Shown: positions 1 through 6,102, counted from the first letter of the stretch. The stretch is 6,102 nucleotides of DNA from Patescibacteria group bacterium (GCA_028713575.1 JAQTOB010000018.1:1-6102); one strand, 5' to 3'. Made by a program: numbers and translations. Notes: generated by a model from the sequence alone, not told the origin.

Positions 1-84
1 TAAGAATTTTCATTTTATTATTTTAATAAATATTAATTATCAATCACTTCTTAATAATATTAATTATTAACCTTTTGTCAAGAT

Positions 85-1029
85 ATGTCTTTTTCCCGGT
101 ATAAAATTATATTTTTTGGTACGCCGGAATTTGCTTCCGTAATCTTGGAAAAACTGGCTGACAGCGAATTCAGGCCCTTTTTGGTCGTCACGGCGAGCGA
201 TAAGCCGGCGGGCAGAAAAGGGATTCTGGCCGTTCCGTCAGTGAAAAAGACCGCAGAGAAAAAACAGATTCCCTTTTGGCAATTAGATTCCTTAAAAAAC
301 ACGGGTATCGCCAAAAAAATGTTTTCTTTATCTCCTGATTTGTTTATTGTCGCCGCTTATGGTTTGATTCTGCCTCGGGAAATCCTAGCAATCCCCAAGT
401 TCGGCGCCCTTAACGTGCATCCTTCTCTTCTGCCAAAATACCGGGGAGCGGCGCCAATCCAGGCCTCAATTTTAGCCGGTGATAAAATAACCGGCGTAAG
501 CCTTATGCTTATGGACGAAAAAATAGATCATGGACCAATTATTGCCCAAAAAAAAATAAAAATCAAAAATAAAGAAACAATGCTTGATTTGTCGGAAAAA
601 TTATCATTATTGGGCGCCAATTTATTAATTGATATTTTGCCTAAATGGCTTAAAAATAGAATTAAAGCTAAAAAACAAAACCATAAAAAGGCTTCTTTTA
701 CTCAGCAGATTAAAAAGGAACATGGTCAAATAAATTGGTCTAAATCGGCGCAAGAAATTGAACAGATGTTTAGGGCTTATCAACCGTGGCCGGGAATTTA
801 CACCTTTTTTCAAGGAAAAAAAATAAAAATTATTACTCTTGAAATATCAAAAATTAAAACATTTTATCAGCCGGGAAATATTTTTTTAACAACAGAAAAA
901 GAATTAGCCGTGATGACGAAAAAAAACGCCATTATTCTAAAAGAAGTCCAACAAGAAGGAAAAAATGCTGTTTCTGGAAAATCATTTTTAAACGGACATC
1001 CGCAATTAATCAATACCATTCTTGATTAA
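85..1029 (+). CDS. fmt: Methionyl-tRNA formyltransferase
   Basis: 314-aa ORF. N-terminus KIIFFGTPEFA and the HPSLLPKYRGAAPIQ block are the signature motifs of the Fmt formyltransferase domain. The length allows for the extra C-terminal tRNA-binding domain typical of Fmt (about 310-315 aa). TAA stop at 1027-1029 is followed by a hairpin terminator. Confidence 0.93.
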   Translation: MSFSRYKIIFFGTPEFASVILEKLADSEFRPFLVVTASDKPAGRKGILAVPSVKKTAEKKQIPFWQLDSLKNTGIAKKMFSLSPDLFIVAAYGLILPREILAIPKFGALNVHPSLLPKYRGAAPIQASILAGDKITGVSLMLMDEKIDHGPIIAQKKIKIKNKETMLDLSEKLSLLGANLLIDILPKWLKNRIKAKKQNHKKASFTQQIKKEHGQINWSKSAQEIEQMFRAYQPWPGIYTFFQGKKIKIITLEISKIKTFYQPGNIFLTTEKELAVMTKKNAIILKEVQQEGKNAVSGKSFLNGHPQLINTILD

Positions 1030-1034
1030 TAAAT

Positions 1035-1072
1035 AAAAAAACAAGTCCTTAATTGCCAGGACTTGTTTTTTT
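1035..1072. terminator. Bidirectional rho-independent terminator shared by convergent fmt (+) and the minus-strand gene string
   Basis: Perfect 9-bp stem acaagtcct (1041-1049) / aggacttgt (1058-1066) with an 8-nt loop. It is flanked by an A-run (1035-1040) on the left and a T-run (1067-1072) on the right, so either strand reads hairpin plus U-tract. It lies 5 nt after the fmt stop and 7 nt after the stop of the 1080-1319 minus-strand ORF. Confidence 0.8.
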
Positions 1073-1079
1073 ATTTGTC

Positions 1080-1319
1080 TTATTCGTTTTCTTTCATTTC
1101 CGTTGATTCAGTCGGCTCCTCTGTTGTTGCCGGTAAGACCGGTTCAACGGGAACAGACGGCAATTGTTTTTCTTTGTCTTTAAAAGAAAGGACTATTAAA
1201 ATTAGACCAATGGCCGCAATAGCCAAACAAAGCCAAAGATTAATTTCAAACAAAAACAGAACAATAGCTAAAATCAACAAAACAATCCCGCCTATTAATT
1301 TAATTGATTTTTCTTTCAT
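1080..1319 (-). CDS. Small membrane protein (two predicted TM helices, acidic Pro/Thr/Glu-rich C-terminal tail), function unknown
   Basis: 79-aa ORF with two hydrophobic segments, IKLIGGIVLLILAIVLFLF and LWLCLAIAAIGLILIVLSF. The tail is KDKEKQLPSVPVEPVLPATTEEPTESTEMKENE. The stop sits immediately before the bidirectional terminator. The overlapping + strand ORF 1063-1344 starts inside the terminator T-tract and looks like a mirror artefact. Confidence 0.6.
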   Translation of the reverse strand: MKEKSIKLIGGIVLLILAIVLFLFEINLWLCLAIAAIGLILIVLSFKDKEKQLPSVPVEPVLPATTEEPTESTEMKENE

Positions 1320-1428
1320 ATTTTTAACAATTAATGTTAATTAAATTAATTATATATTATTATATAATTTAAACGGCAAAAAACAAGTAAAAATTTTGAA
1401 CAAACTTCGTATTTTAAAAAATAAATTT

Positions 1429-2193
1429 TTAATACTGACTGTGAAAAATTATTTTCTTTTGATGACAATTAGGAAACTTAGTTTCTATTTTTTCTAAAAT
1501 TAATCCGGCGGAAATGGATAAATCTTTAGACCAGGAAATATAACCAGGAAGATGAGGAGAAATTTTTTCTAAAATTTTTTGACAAGATTTTAAGGCCCGA
1601 AAAGAAAGCTCCGCCGCTGTATCAATTTCTTGTTTATAAAATTTTTTAAGAATTTTATTTTTTTCTTTCTTAAATGACCACTCAACAGCTAATGCTTGAT
1701 ATAATTTTCCTTCAAAAAAAACATAATACCAATTTAATTCTTCAAATTCGTTCTTAAATTGCCGAGAAATCTCTTGAAATTCCTCGTTTTCTTCTGAAAA
1801 AACATTGTTCAATAAATTACTAATTTGTAAAACAAGGCGATGAGCCGTCCTCCAAAGAATAAAACTTTCCGGTTGAGGATTTTGATTAAGTCCTGTTTTG
1901 ATTATTTTAATTTTAACTTTTTTAGAATCAATGCCTTGTTTTTTAATATCGTCTTTAATCGTTTTTATCAAACGACTAAAAGTTTTTTTTATGTCAGAAA
2001 AAACAACGGCCGGATCATCAGGGTCTTCTCCTTGAAAAATATGCTTCAAACGGTCATTAAAGGCCTGTTTAAAAATCTGGCAATTGTCAGTTAAAGAACA
2101 TCTTTCACACCAGCGATCGCAAAAATTAAAAGGCATTTGTTGATAAAAATTAACCGTTTGTTTTTCTTTTTGTTTTTTCTTTATTTCTGCCAT
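1429..2193 (-). CDS. Hypothetical, predominantly helical protein with N-terminal four-cysteine cluster (CX3CX2CX5C); putative metal/Fe-S binding
   Basis: Long ORF on the same strand as its neighbours with Lys/Glu-rich helical-looking sequence. The ORF track starts it at 2229, but that codon is TTG (read from the sequence). The first ATG is at 2193 (MAEIKKK...), giving 254 aa, and I prefer it. The TTG start would give 266 aa and leave only 2 nt after the upstream stop. Motif FCDRWCERCSLTDNC is encoded at 2080-2121. I did not recognise a family. Confidence 0.7.
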   Translation of the reverse strand: MAEIKKKQKEKQTVNFYQQMPFNFCDRWCERCSLTDNCQIFKQAFNDRLKHIFQGEDPDDPAVVFSDIKKTFSRLIKTIKDDIKKQGIDSKKVKIKIIKTGLNQNPQPESFILWRTAHRLVLQISNLLNNVFSEENEEFQEISRQFKNEFEELNWYYVFFEGKLYQALAVEWSFKKEKNKILKKFYKQEIDTAAELSFRALKSCQKILEKISPHLPGYISWSKDLSISAGLILEKIETKFPNCHQKKIIFHSQY

Positions 2194-2231
2194 ATATAAA
2201 CATTTTAACAAAAATTTCCTTTTTGGCAATG

Positions 2232-2540
2232 TTAAATATCATTATTTTTAATAAAATCTCTTATTGTTTTTTTGGAGCTTATTCCCGGATAACGCCAAGC
2301 AGTAATGATTTTTTTCACTTGACCCAACGGTTGATACATCAACCAAATCTCTGTTGGCCTTTTTGTTTCGGCCGACTGCATTAAGGCGATTGTTTTTGGA
2401 ACAATGCCTATTTCTTGATGTTGAGGATTTTTTAATAATTTTTTTAAACGCGATGCGGAAAGATTATATTGGCGCATTTTGTTTATTGCATGCTTAGTCC
2501 AAATTATTTCCGAAGTATTTTTCGGCGACCGAGAATACAT
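2232..2540 (-). CDS. Small conserved hypothetical protein, DUF4258-like (toxin-like fold suspected, unverified)
   Basis: 102-aa ORF starting 12 nt after the rnj stop. The N-terminal block TKHAINKMRQYNLSASRLKKLL resembles the H-A-x-x-R-M-x-x-R/Y-x-I/L-S signature I associate with DUF4258-type small proteins. The C-terminal IITAWRYPG block resembles small proteins I recall seeing repeatedly in CPR metagenome bins. This is a recollection, not a search result. Confidence 0.6.
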   Translation of the reverse strand: MYSRSPKNTSEIIWTKHAINKMRQYNLSASRLKKLLKNPQHQEIGIVPKTIALMQSAETKRPTEIWLMYQPLGQVKKIITAWRYPGISSKKTIRDFIKNNDI

Positions 2541-2552
2541 TTCAGAATATTA

Positions 2553-4163
2553 TTAATTAATAATTAAAAAAATCATTGGTTTTTTGCCAATTTTATGAAG
2601 AATAAAGTCTCCTAAACTCATTTGAATTTTTGTTCTATTTTTTCTTCCATATTTACTAATTAATCTTTCAATTTTATTTTTTATTTCTTTTGTCACGTCT
2701 TCTTCCACAAATAATCCTGAAAAAACAATTTGAATTTTTCTCTGACAAACATTAACAAAACAAACACCCGATTCTGCCAACCCTTTTCGGGTGGCAAAAA
2801 TCGCCTTGTCTAAATTTTTTATCCTTTTCCCTTCAACCGCAACCATTTTTTCCAAAGATTTCTTTTTTATAATTTTAGCTCGTTGGTCCTTGTCTATTTC
2901 TAAGAATTGATTGTTGTAAAACATAAAACAATTTTCCGGTCTTACATTAAGGCCCTTGGCTAATTCAATGTGTTCTGCCTGCATATAATGCTGGCCTTCA
3001 ATGGGAATAAAAAATTTGGGCCGAACCAATTTAATCATTTGTTTTAATTCTTCTTGAAAAGCATGCCCTGAACTGTGAACGCCGGCGCCAATTACACTTC
3101 GATAAATAATTCTTGCTCCCTGATTAACCAAACCGTCCATCATTTGTTGAATTGCCACTTCGCTCCCAGGAATAGCCGAAGAAGAAAAAACCACAGTGTC
3201 GCCTTTCTTAATTTTTACAAACCAATGTTTGTTTTTAGACATTCTCGCCATGGATGAGCCCTCTACGCCTTGTGAGCCACCGGCTAAGACAACCAACTTG
3301 TTATCAGGATAATTATTAATCTCTTCTGGCTTGATAAAAATATTCTTATTAACATTAAGATATCCTAGATTTTGAGCAATGGCTACGCTTTTTTGCATGG
3401 CCATGCCCACTAGGGCTATTTTCCGATTATATTTTTGACAAGCATATATAATTTGCTGAATTCGGCTAATTAAAGTGGCAAAAGTTGTAAAAATAAGCCT
3501 GGAAGGAGCTTGTTTAATAATTTGGTCTATTACTTTACCCACTTCTTTCTCCGGCACTGAATGGCCGGGAATAGTGGCATTGGTACTGTCTGATAAAAGA
3601 AGCAACGCTCCTTTTTTGCTTAAATTTTTTATCTTATCTTTTTCTAATGGTTTTTGGTCAACGGGATTTTCATCTATTTTAAAATCCCCGGTATGGATTA
3701 TGGTGCCAAAAGGAGTTTCAATGGCCAATCCTACGCTGTCCGGAATATTATGAACAACATAAAAAGGAGTTATTTTAAAAACTCCTAAAGAAAAATTTTT
3801 ATTTTGCCAAATGGTATTTAACTTAGCCTTATTTTTTGTTCCCACATCTAATAACCTGTCCTCAATAAAACCAAGCGTTAAAGTAGTGGCAAAAATCGGC
3901 GGATTGTTTATTTTTCCCAACAAATAAGGAAGCCCGCCAATATGGTCCAAGTGTCCGTGTGTAATGATAACGCCCCTAATTTTTTCTTTATTTTCCTCCA
4001 GATAAGTTATGTCAGGTAAAAGATAGTCTATGCCCGGAAAATCCTGTCCGGGAAAATCAAACCCCATATCAATGACAATAATATCTTGTCCATATTCAAT
4101 GGCTAAACAATTTTTACCCACTTCTTCAAATCCTCCCAAAGGAATTATTTTTAATTTTTCCAT
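2553..4163 (-). CDS. rnj: Ribonuclease J (metallo-beta-lactamase / beta-CASP family RNase)
   Basis: 536-aa ORF. N-terminus KIIPLGGFEEVGKNC and the HxHxDH motif ITHGHLDHIGG are diagnostic of the metallo-beta-lactamase domain in the RNase J arrangement. The overall length is close to characterised RNase J (about 555 aa), including a C-terminal domain. An SD-like GAAAGG lies about 6 nt upstream of the ATG. Confidence 0.9.
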   Translation of the reverse strand: MEKLKIIPLGGFEEVGKNCLAIEYGQDIIVIDMGFDFPGQDFPGIDYLLPDITYLEENKEKIRGVIITHGHLDHIGGLPYLLGKINNPPIFATTLTLGFIEDRLLDVGTKNKAKLNTIWQNKNFSLGVFKITPFYVVHNIPDSVGLAIETPFGTIIHTGDFKIDENPVDQKPLEKDKIKNLSKKGALLLLSDSTNATIPGHSVPEKEVGKVIDQIIKQAPSRLIFTTFATLISRIQQIIYACQKYNRKIALVGMAMQKSVAIAQNLGYLNVNKNIFIKPEEINNYPDNKLVVLAGGSQGVEGSSMARMSKNKHWFVKIKKGDTVVFSSSAIPGSEVAIQQMMDGLVNQGARIIYRSVIGAGVHSSGHAFQEELKQMIKLVRPKFFIPIEGQHYMQAEHIELAKGLNVRPENCFMFYNNQFLEIDKDQRAKIIKKKSLEKMVAVEGKRIKNLDKAIFATRKGLAESGVCFVNVCQRKIQIVFSGLFVEEDVTKEIKNKIERLISKYGRKNRTKIQMSLGDFILHKIGKKPMIFLIIN

Positions 4164-4178
4164 CCTTTACCTTTCAGT

Positions 4179-4202
4179 GATGTATTTCAAAATAAATACA
4201 TC
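4179..4202 (-). promoter_or_regulatory. Stem-loop in the rnj 5' leader, in the intergenic space after the 92-aa membrane gene
   Basis: Perfect 9-bp inverted repeat gatgtattt (4179-4187) / aaatacatc (4194-4202) with a 6-nt loop. It lies 15 nt upstream of the rnj ATG (4163) and next to the SD-like GAAAGG. No U-tract follows on the minus strand, so it is not a canonical terminator. Confidence 0.35.
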
Positions 4203-4223
4203 GTTTAGTTAATTATTAATTAT

Positions 4224-4502
4224 TTAATCTTTCTCTGGATAAAGCGAAGGACTTTTTTTTATTGTTTTGTAAACATTTTCAATAAAATCTCCGCCCGCAT
4301 AACCAATAATTAGAGAAAACCCCGCCTCCTGGTTAAAAACAGCAGCCACAACCAAACCGACTAAACCGGACAAAAACATCATCAATAAAAAATACCTTAT
4401 ATCAAACTTGACATCTTTATAAGAAAATTGGTGTTTAAGAAAACCGACCAATCCCCTAATTATCCCGCCACAAAATCCTGTAAATAAAATTAGCCAATTC
4501 AT
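4224..4502 (-). CDS. Small integral membrane protein (about 3 hydrophobic segments), function unknown
   Basis: 92-aa ORF with hydrophobic stretches WLILFTGFCGGIIRGLVGF, YFLLMMFLSGLVGLVVAAVF and GFSLIIGYAGG. It is on the same strand as its neighbours, fills the gap between the SIMPL gene and rnj, and ends in TAA. Confidence 0.6.
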   Translation of the reverse strand: MNWLILFTGFCGGIIRGLVGFLKHQFSYKDVKFDIRYFLLMMFLSGLVGLVVAAVFNQEAGFSLIIGYAGGDFIENVYKTIKKSPSLYPEKD

Positions 4503-4598
4503 GCCAAATTTATTAAAAATTTTAAATTATTCATAATGCAAAATTTATATGATTACAATAATTTCTGCTTATAAACGGATTTAAACAGGACTTATTCC

Positions 4599-5369
4599 TT
4601 ATTTTATTTCATAACTCAAAACCGCATTAACCGTGATTTTTGTTTCGCCGGTTGCAATTTGCGCTCCTCCTCCCATCATCGCCTCTTCTTTAGCAATGTC
4701 CAAACTATAAGAACGTGTAATCGGATAATAATCCGTGTCAGAAATGGAAACATTAATTAATTTTCCTAAATTTAAACCAGAAACCGCAGCGATTTCTTTG
4801 GCTTTTTCTTGGGCTTTTTCAATGGCAATATCCCTGGCTTGAGCCTTTGCCTTGTCTTCATCTTCTAAAACAAAACTAAGACTGTTAATCTGATTGGCGC
4901 CGGCCAAAGTGGCTTGGTCAATAATTTCGTTTAATTTTTCAAAATCATTTGTCCGAACAATAAGGCTAATTTCGGCCTGATAACCGGTTAAGCGATTCCG
5001 ACTGGTATTTCTATCCCATTCATAACGAGGATTAATGCTATATTGAACAGTTTTAATTTTTTCTTCTTTAACGTTTAATTTTTTTAATTCTTCAATTATC
5101 TTATTATTTGCTTCATTAACCGCTTTTTGTACTTCAGTTACGGTCTTGCCCTCTTTAAACACGCCTAAAGTTATTTCCGCCGTGTCCGGCTTAAGATAAA
5201 CTTCCCCCTGGGCACTTACTTGAAATGGCTCTTCTTTAGGAATAGTTACCGACCTTAAAGACCAAGTTAGCCCGCTGGCATATTTTAAAATACCAGTTAA
5301 GACCAAATAAATCACCAAAATTATGATGATTGGTCTTAAAAAATTCTTTTCCATAATTTTACATTCCAT
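4599..5369 (-). CDS. SIMPL domain (DUF541) protein, membrane-anchored; YggE / BP26-like
   Basis: 256-aa ORF with an N-terminal TM anchor (RPIIIILVIYLVLTGIL). The two-lobed SIMPL pattern follows: VSAQGEVYLKPDTAEITLGV, then GYQAEISLIVRTNDFEKLNEIIDQATLAGANQINSLSF, then the helical ARDIAIEKAQEKAKEIAAVSGLNLGKLINVS. An alternative start is Met6 (ATG at 5354). Confidence 0.8.
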   Translation of the reverse strand: MECKIMEKNFLRPIIIILVIYLVLTGILKYASGLTWSLRSVTIPKEEPFQVSAQGEVYLKPDTAEITLGVFKEGKTVTEVQKAVNEANNKIIEELKKLNVKEEKIKTVQYSINPRYEWDRNTSRNRLTGYQAEISLIVRTNDFEKLNEIIDQATLAGANQINSLSFVLEDEDKAKAQARDIAIEKAQEKAKEIAAVSGLNLGKLINVSISDTDYYPITRSYSLDIAKEEAMMGGGAQIATGETKITVNAVLSYEIK

Positions 5370-5432
5370 ATTTTTATGTTTAATTAATTATGTTTTAATT
5401 ATAGCAAATAAAAAATAAAAATGGAAGAATGG

Positions 5433-5846
5433 TCAAAACTTTTTATTTTCCCGACTGATATTCGGGGGCTTCCCATAAAAAGGAGTAGCTAATTTAAAAT
5501 TATTCTTTTTAATAGCCCCCTTTAAGCCTTTTTCAAACAGGTCCTGGTCGTCTAATTTTAAATTCATATTAATGCCGATAACCGGAATTTTTAAAATCAG
5601 CCCTAAGGTATTGGAAATTGTCAAAGCAACTCTAATGCTGGCAAAAGAACCCGGACCATTAACCACGACTATTTTTTTTAATGATGTTATTTTTTTTTTG
5701 TGTTTTTGCAAAAATTCATTTATACCAAAAAGTATTTTCTCGTTTTGACGATAAAAATTCGGCAATTTCAGCCAAAAAAATTTTTGCCTGTCTTTAAATC
5801 CTATCTTAATCATTTCAGGCCGAAGATTATTTATAAATAAATACAT
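5433..5846 (-). CDS. tsaB: TsaB/YeaZ-like protein (tRNA t6A37 biosynthesis partner), unusually short
   Basis: 137-aa ORF. The VVVNGPGSFASIRVALTISNTLGLILKIPVIGIN block matches the conserved GPGSFTGLR...A..la....P..g TsaB/YeaZ core. It is only about 60 percent of the length of E. coli YeaZ (231 aa) and has a divergent N-terminus. It is the only gene here with a TGA stop. Confidence 0.6.
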   Translation of the reverse strand: MYLFINNLRPEMIKIGFKDRQKFFWLKLPNFYRQNEKILFGINEFLQKHKKKITSLKKIVVVNGPGSFASIRVALTISNTLGLILKIPVIGINMNLKLDDQDLFEKGLKGAIKKNNFKLATPFYGKPPNISRENKKF

Positions 5847-5893
5847 AAAATAGATTCAAAAAAACAAAAATAAGGTGACTCTTTTTATACTAC

Positions 5894-5921
5894 TTGTCAT
5901 TTATTTAGTATATATTATAAT
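5894..5921 (+). promoter_or_regulatory. Candidate sigma70-type promoter directed rightward into the tandem repeat array
   Basis: TTGTCA (5894-5899), a 16-nt spacer, then a perfect TATAAT (5916-5921). The -10 overlaps the first bases of repeat copy 1. It lies in the region divergent from the tsaB-like gene. Chance matches are plausible in DNA this AT-rich. Confidence 0.3.
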
Positions 5922-6102
5922 TAAATTACATTTAATTTCAAGGTTCTTGACGAGCGAAGCGAGAAAAGGTTCTTCTAATTAAATTACATTTAATTTCAAG
6001 GTTCTTGACGAGCGAAGCGAGAAAAGGTTCTTCTAATTAAATTACATTTAATTTCAAGGTTCTTGACGAGCGAAGCGAGAAAAGGTTCTTCTAATTAAAT
6101 TA
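5918..6102. repeat. Perfect 58-bp tandem direct repeat, at least 3.2 copies, truncated by the window end
   Basis: The unit is taattaaattacatttaatttcaaggttcttgacgagcgaagcgagaaaaggttcttc. It occurs at 5918-5975, 5976-6033 and 6034-6091, plus a partial copy at 6092-6102. By direct comparison there are no mismatches. All six frames close within about 1.6 units. Confidence 0.95.

Noticed and set aside
29-67. 12-bp direct repeat aatattaattat (29-40 and 56-67) upstream of fmt, and similar ttaattat/ttaattaa strings in other intergenic gaps (about 4208-4223, 5381-5399, 2551-2565)
   Set aside because: This is a low-complexity AT-rich motif, and its position relative to start codons is inconsistent. 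I cannot distinguish it from background composition without genome-wide statistics.
1063-1344. 93-aa ORF on the + strand overlapping the 79-aa minus-strand ORF
   Set aside because: It starts inside the terminator T-tract just downstream of fmt. Its composition is odd and low-complexity (Ser/Ile/Asn-rich) with no recognisable features. The minus-strand reading gives two clean TM helices and ends at the terminator.
1348-1369. AT-only inverted repeat aattatata-ttat-tatataatt as a terminator or operator
   Set aside because: It is made entirely of A/T pairs, so the hairpin is very weak, and there is no adjacent U-tract. This kind of symmetry is expected by chance in TA-rich intergenic DNA. It may simply be -10-like promoter sequence for the 79-aa gene.
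2113-2120. GCGATCGC octamer palindrome (HIP1-like)
   Set aside because: It occurs once, inside a coding region (part of the Cys-motif codons). One copy does not indicate a repeat family or a restriction-modification signature.
1429-2229. Calling the Cys-cluster protein a radical SAM enzyme
   Set aside because: Only the CX3CX2C spacing matches. The protein is short and helical-looking, and I saw none of the other radical-SAM motifs. The spacing alone is not enough evidence.
78-4212. Antisense ORFs 78-314(-), 625-813(-), 1840-2094(+), 3075-3257(+), 3475-3753(+) and 4030-4212(+)
   Set aside because: Each lies wholly or almost wholly within a longer ORF with recognisable motifs or good context on the opposite strand (fmt, the Cys-cluster protein, rnj). 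Their sequences look like typical shadow-frame translations of AT-rich coding DNA.
5433-5435. Alternative genetic code (TGA reassigned, as in some CPR lineages)
   Set aside because: All long ORFs are intact under the standard code with no in-frame TGA needed. Read-through of the single TGA stop extends the tsaB-like ORF by only 14 codons.
5672-5699. T8 (5672-5679) and T10 (5690-5699) homopolymer tracts inside the tsaB-like gene as phase-variation switches
   Set aside because: They encode in-frame Lys runs (KKK). Similar A/T runs are scattered through every gene in this AT-rich window, for example A9 in fmt at about 547-555. Nothing singles these out.
5918-6102. CRISPR array, or TIGR-like interspaced guide array
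   Set aside because: The whole 58-bp unit is identical in every copy, so there are no variable spacers between conserved repeats. No cas- or tas-like gene lies in the window. It is a plain tandem repeat.
5918-6102. Repeat-encoded peptide or repetitive protein
   Set aside because: The period of 58 is not divisible by 3. On the + strand two frames hit TAA within the first two codons of the unit, and the third shifts into one of them in the next unit. On the minus strand the longest open stretch is about 32 codons with no plausible start.

Overview
AT-rich window (visually about two-thirds A+T, not computed). It is densely packed with mostly short genes that lack clear Shine-Dalgarno sites. This looks like a reduced-genome bacterium, possibly CPR/Patescibacteria, but that lineage call is inference only. 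The standard genetic code fits: seven of the eight stops are TAA and one is TGA. Layout: fmt (methionyl-tRNA formyltransferase) lies on the + strand at 85-1029. It converges on a clean bidirectional intrinsic terminator (1035-1072) with a long minus-strand gene string running from 5846 down to 1080. In transcription order that string is: a half-length TsaB-like protein, a membrane-anchored SIMPL/DUF541 protein, a 92-aa membrane protein, RNase J, a 102-aa DUF4258-like small protein, a roughly 254-266-aa helical protein with an N-terminal CX3CX2CX5C cysteine cluster, and a 79-aa two-TM protein. Most of the window is ordinary housekeeping. Two parts are not explained by routine annotation. (1) The right edge (5918-6102) holds a perfectly conserved 58-bp tandem repeat with at least 3.2 copies that runs off the window. 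Each unit has a 19-bp perfect palindrome and a GC-rich core flanked by a duplicated 9-mer, and a sigma70-like promoter (TTGTCA-16-TATAAT) points into the array. It is not a CRISPR array because there are no variable spacers. (2) Two uncharacterised genes sit tightly packed downstream of rnj: the DUF4258-like small protein and the Cys-cluster helical protein. All functional calls come from motif recognition by eye; no searches were run.
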